Shown piece after piece: positions 21,908-23,728 of a stretch of 23,728 nucleotides of DNA. The stretch spans positions 1 to 23,728 of the forward strand of contig JAQGDQ010001836.1 in NCBI GenBank assembly GCA_030141605.1. The letters are read 5' to 3'. Source of the DNA: Tubiluchus corallicola. Taxonomy: Eukaryota; Animalia; Priapulida. The notes below the pieces were generated by a model that ran no database searches, was not told the DNA's origin, and saw only the letters and a list, made by a program, of their open reading frames with translations. Made by a program: the position numbers and the translations under genes. How positions within the stretch are numbered: position 1 is the first letter of the stretch; each line of letters opens with the position of its first letter.

Positions 21908-23496
21908 GCCTTTGCCTCATTTGCGACTGTCAACTGTTATGGATAAAGACACACAATTGGAGACAGTCAATAGTTGATTGTTATTATCCTGACGAAGTGC
22001 GTAACGCAAGCCGCAGTGATTTTACAGATGAATGTATTTATTTTAAAAATGAAAAAGTGCTATGCCTTGCAAAAGAAACAACTACATTATCAGCAAATAC
22101 AACAATGATGAACACAACAATGATGAATACAACAATGATGAACACAACTATGATGAACACAACTATGATGAACACAACAATGATGAACACAACTATGATG
22201 AACACAACTATGATGAACACAACTATGATGAACACAACAATGATAAACACAACAATGATGAATACACCAAACATGAATGCAACAATGATGAATACAACAA
22301 CGATGAACACAACAATGATGAACACAACAATGATGAAAACAACAAACATGAACACAACAATGATGAACAAAACAATGATGAACACAACGATGATAAATAC
22401 AACCATGATGAACACAACAATGATGACCACAACAATGATGAGTGCAACAAAAATGAACACAATCAACAACCGTGATGAATACAACAGCAATGAAGACATC
22501 AATGATGAGCACAACGATGATGACCACAACAATGATGAATACAACGATGATGAGTACAACAAAGATGTACACAACCATGGAGAACACAACAGTGGTACAA
22601 CAATGCTGAACACAATAATGATGAGTACAACGACGATGAACTCAACAATGATGAATACAACGGTGGTAAATACAACCATGATGAACACAACAATGATGGA
22701 TACAACAATGATGAATACAACAATGATGAATACGACAGCGATGACTACTAATGCTACAACAACAATTATGAATACAACAGCAATGACTACTAAGAATTCC
22801 AGCTTCACAAGCTCTGCTGCTTCATCAGCTAATAATAGCTTTATAAGTTCTGTTAGTCCAACAAATATTGGTAGTGATAGTATAACGATATCTGCAGTGA
22901 CAGGCACTTCTGCTAATATTAATTCAACTACGTCTGATAAACCGGCAACCAACATTACCTCAGCAAGTTCTGCTACTTCAACGCCTAATAACAGTTTGAC
23001 AAGTTATGTTACATCAACAAGTAACAACAGCTTTACGGGTTCTGCTAGTCCAACAGATGATGTTGTCAGTGACAATGGTAGTCTAACAACATCAGCGGTA
23101 ACAGATACTACAAGACACGCTTCTTTTATTGCAAGTTCAACCACCTATAGCAAATCAATAACTAATATGGTGTCAAATTATGCTAATGACACCTTCACAA
23201 GTTCTGTTACAACAACGGCTAATAACTCCTTAGCAAGTTCTGCTACCTCAACTGCTGATGTCATCAAAACAAGTTCTGTTACTTCAACAGCTAACGACAG
23301 TTTTACAAGTTCTGCTAATGGTAGTGATAGTTCCACAACTTCGTTGAAAACAAATATGACAAGATCCAGTTTTGCTACTTTTAATTCAACTACGTATGGT
23401 AAGCCAACAATTAGTATCACCTCGGCAAGCTTTTTTGCCTCAACACGCAATGATGCCTTAACTTCAAAAACCAATGTCAGTTCAAAAAACTTCTGA
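21908..23496 (+). CDS. LRR-mucin protein exon C: LRRCT 2, NTTMM array, acidic His-rich block, Ser/Thr-rich stalk
   Basis: ctttcag| GLCLICDCQLLWIK..., paralogous to the 5' part of exon B; open to TGA at 23494-23496. The exon probably extends to the donor at 23606. Confidence 0.85.
22096..22790 (+). repeat. Coding 15-bp minisatellite (AAY ACA ACW ATG ATG = NTTMM)
   Basis: 24 in-register units at 22096-22455, a register-shifted block at 22462-22596, and further degenerate units to ~22790. Confidence 0.97.
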
Positions 23497-23728
23497 CTTT
23501 AGTTCAACAAGATTTGTCAGTCGAAAAGTCAGCGTCAGTTCAGCAAGATCAACTAATCTAATTGTCACATCTCCTGTGCCGACAAACACTACTATGTTCT
23601 TTGTAGGTAAGAGAATCTCAGTTTGTGTTCGTTCAGCATAAACAGCGATGTGAGGTCGATTTTACCAAATGCAAAATATGACATGTTAAAGTTAGCTTCA
23701 TCTCTGAGTCCATCTTCATTAAACTTGT

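Larger units (their letters stand above)
15406..23496 (+). other. Gene model: secreted protein with two LRR+LRRCT modules and a Met/Thr/Ser-rich mucin-like stalk (1003 aa as read; probably extends past the window)
   Basis: join(15406..15982,18528..19373,21908..23496) = 3012 nt; both introns are GT-AG, phase 1, at homologous positions (FTL(K/T)G|). Confidence 0.85.

Noticed and set aside
22062-22475. 137-aa EHNND/EHNYD ORF as an independent gene
   Set aside because: It is an alternative frame of the NTTMM array, with no promoter or splice evidence. It matters only as the source frame of the acidic block.
22038-22955. Antisense ORFs over exon C (305-aa hydrophobic; Cys/His-rich 22090-22587; others)
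   Set aside because: Stop-free by construction of the 15-bp repeat; synonymous variation supports the + strand NTTMM frame.

Overview
AT-rich animal (invertebrate-like) genomic DNA with spliceosomal GT-AG introns; the taxon cannot be fixed from the sequence. Two + strand genes can be spliced by hand. (1) A complete 284-aa secreted S1A serine protease with a TATA box, a non-coding first exon and 7 coding exons (CDS 9245-13603). It has an intact His/Asp/Ser triad and a Gly189/Gly216/Asp226 S1 pocket, as in crab collagenase (brachyurin). A truncated duplicate of one exon lies in an intron. (2) A secreted leucine-rich-repeat (LRR)/mucin-like protein (15406-23496, 1003 aa as read) built by in-frame tandem duplication of an LRR+LRRCT+stalk module. 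Its stalk has a 15-bp NTTMM array, a 45-codon block where the same repeat DNA is read in another frame as an acidic His-rich peptide, and a stop that looks caused by a 1-bp slip in an A6 run. The rest is microsatellites, small tandem and inverted repeats, and mobile-element relics: an L2/CR1 LINE, an internally deleted hAT with an 8-bp TSD, a BEL/Pao integrase fragment, a probable SINE and a possible decayed hammerhead ribozyme. All family calls come from motif recognition; no database search was run.
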